64,000 nt of DNA from Psammoneis japonica (Eukaryota): contig QPGO01000036.1 of the NCBI GenBank assembly GCA_008632985.1, positions 248,001 to 312,000 of the forward strand, given 5' to 3'. The notes under the pieces were generated by a model, which saw only the letters and a program-made list of their open reading frames with translations, was not told where the DNA came from and searched no databases. Of the stretch, positions 62,641-64,000 are shown piece after piece (within the stretch, counting starts at the first letter, position 1; each line of letters opens with the position of its first letter). The translations under genes and the position numbers were made by a program.

Positions 62641-63901
62641 ATGGGTTTTCTCCCACATCGACAGACGCTGTTCTTTTGGTTGATCTTGGTGCATGCTGCT
62701 ACCGCTTTTGGAGATATCCCATCAATAGCTCGTTTGCCACGAAAAGTTTTGGTTACTGGAGCAGGTAGGGGGGAAGGCATAGGCGCGAATGGCGGCGAAA
62801 TGTCAGTGTTTCTTACACTCGAGAAACTTTTTTCATTCTTTTTTTAGCCGGGCGCACGGGTATGCTGGTTTTTAATTCGCTCACGGAAGACCCTCGCTAT
62901 ACACCAGTGGCCATGGTCAGAACAGAATCAAGCGCAAAAAAGTTTATGAGAGTTTCCAAATGCGGATTAGATCAAGTAATGGTGGGCGACGTTACAAAAA
63001 TGGAGATAGACCAGGAAGAGACATTGCCGAGTGGATTGGATGGCACTTTCGCCATGATTATTTGTACTTCCAGTATGCCTTTCTTGAGCAAAAGATCTCT
63101 ACTCAAAGCATTCTGCAAGGTACCCTTCAATGTGTTGAGAAGAAAAAAAGCGCTGGACTTTCGAACATTACGTTTTAAATTCAGGAAGGGACAGTATCCC
63201 GAGAAGGTTGACTACGAAGGCCAAAAAGTACAAATCGATCTCGCGAAGAAGCTTGATATGAAGCATGTCGTACTCGTCAGGTAGAGAAGATATGCATTGT
63301 TGTGAATCACTCGCACAGCTCAATTGAAATGTAACTTGCTTGTTTCCTTTCCTTTTCGCTTGTGTCAATCAAACATTCCCTGTGCCACAGCTCAATGGGT
63401 GGTACAGATCCCAACAATTTTCTTAACTCGGTTGGAAAGAAAGCAGATGGCACTGGCAATGGGGACATCTTGCTGTGGAAACGAAAGGCGGAAAGGTATC
63501 TTGTAGAGGTACGTAAGATCCGTTTTCTGCAGTTGTGCCTTGTCATTCTCTCCTAATGTTCTGCCACTTGCGCTTTGTCTTTCTATCATGTTGCCCATCT
63601 TTAATATAAAAAGAGTGGACTTCATTATACAATAATTCACCCAGCTGGATTGGTCGATACACCACCCGGGAAGGAAGAGTATGTTTTAGACGTGAATGAC
63701 AAGCTATTTGAAAGCTCCAAACGAAGTATTGGGCGTGCCGACGTTGCCAACTTGTGTGTGGCATCTTTGGCCTTCGATCAAGATCTATCCTTTGACTGCA
63801 TAACAAGAGTTCCGCTAGATTCCAAGCCATTACCAGATTCAGCAGAGAAGGCGATTGCTAGCTTCCTCAGAAGTGGCAAGACAACAGACTATTCCCGATG
63901 A
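62641..63901 (+). CDS. NAD(P)-binding Rossmann-fold (atypical SDR) protein, probably plastid-targeted; about 4 exons
   Basis: Leader ending ATAF, then VLVTGA|AGRTG, PEKVDYEGQKVQIDLAK, SSMGGTDP, ILLWKRKAERYL, YTIIHPAGL, IGRADVA. Confidence 0.85.
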
Positions 63902-64000
63902 ATCCTCACTTACTCCAGTAGTCATTGAAGCCGTATCGGAATTCATCCATAATGTCACTATGCAATAGAGTTGACCTTAAGCCTAACCTGCCCAAGCCCA

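Overview
Eukaryotic nuclear DNA, most likely from a pennate diatom (compact genes, short GT-AG introns, bipartite signal/plastid presequences, HA-domain protein, diatom-type Gypsy). Ordinary gene-dense blocks occupy 1-16 kb, 33.6-43.6 kb and 55-64 kb. They carry biuret hydrolase, RPN2, GDP-mannose epimerase, a HAD hydrolase, an MFS transporter, RPA12, a fused 2-oxoacid dehydrogenase E1, an ADP-ribosylglycohydrolase, uridine kinase and others. Two sharply bounded repeat-derived domains (about 16.1-33.6 kb and 43.7-55.0 kb) interrupt these blocks. In both, TpA is almost erased, converted to TpG or CpA on both strands, alongside CpG decay. Domain 1 holds a complete but dead Gypsy LTR element with a piggyBac-type insert in its 5' LTR, and a dead copy of the host gene PRP3. 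Internal controls show the change directly: a boundary-straddling duplication, the LTR pair, target-site duplications and Tyr-to-Cys/His swaps in conserved motifs. The main candidate discovery is a RIP-like, post-integration, repeat-targeted A:T-to-G:C hypermutation process acting at TpA. All counts were made by eye and need computational confirmation.
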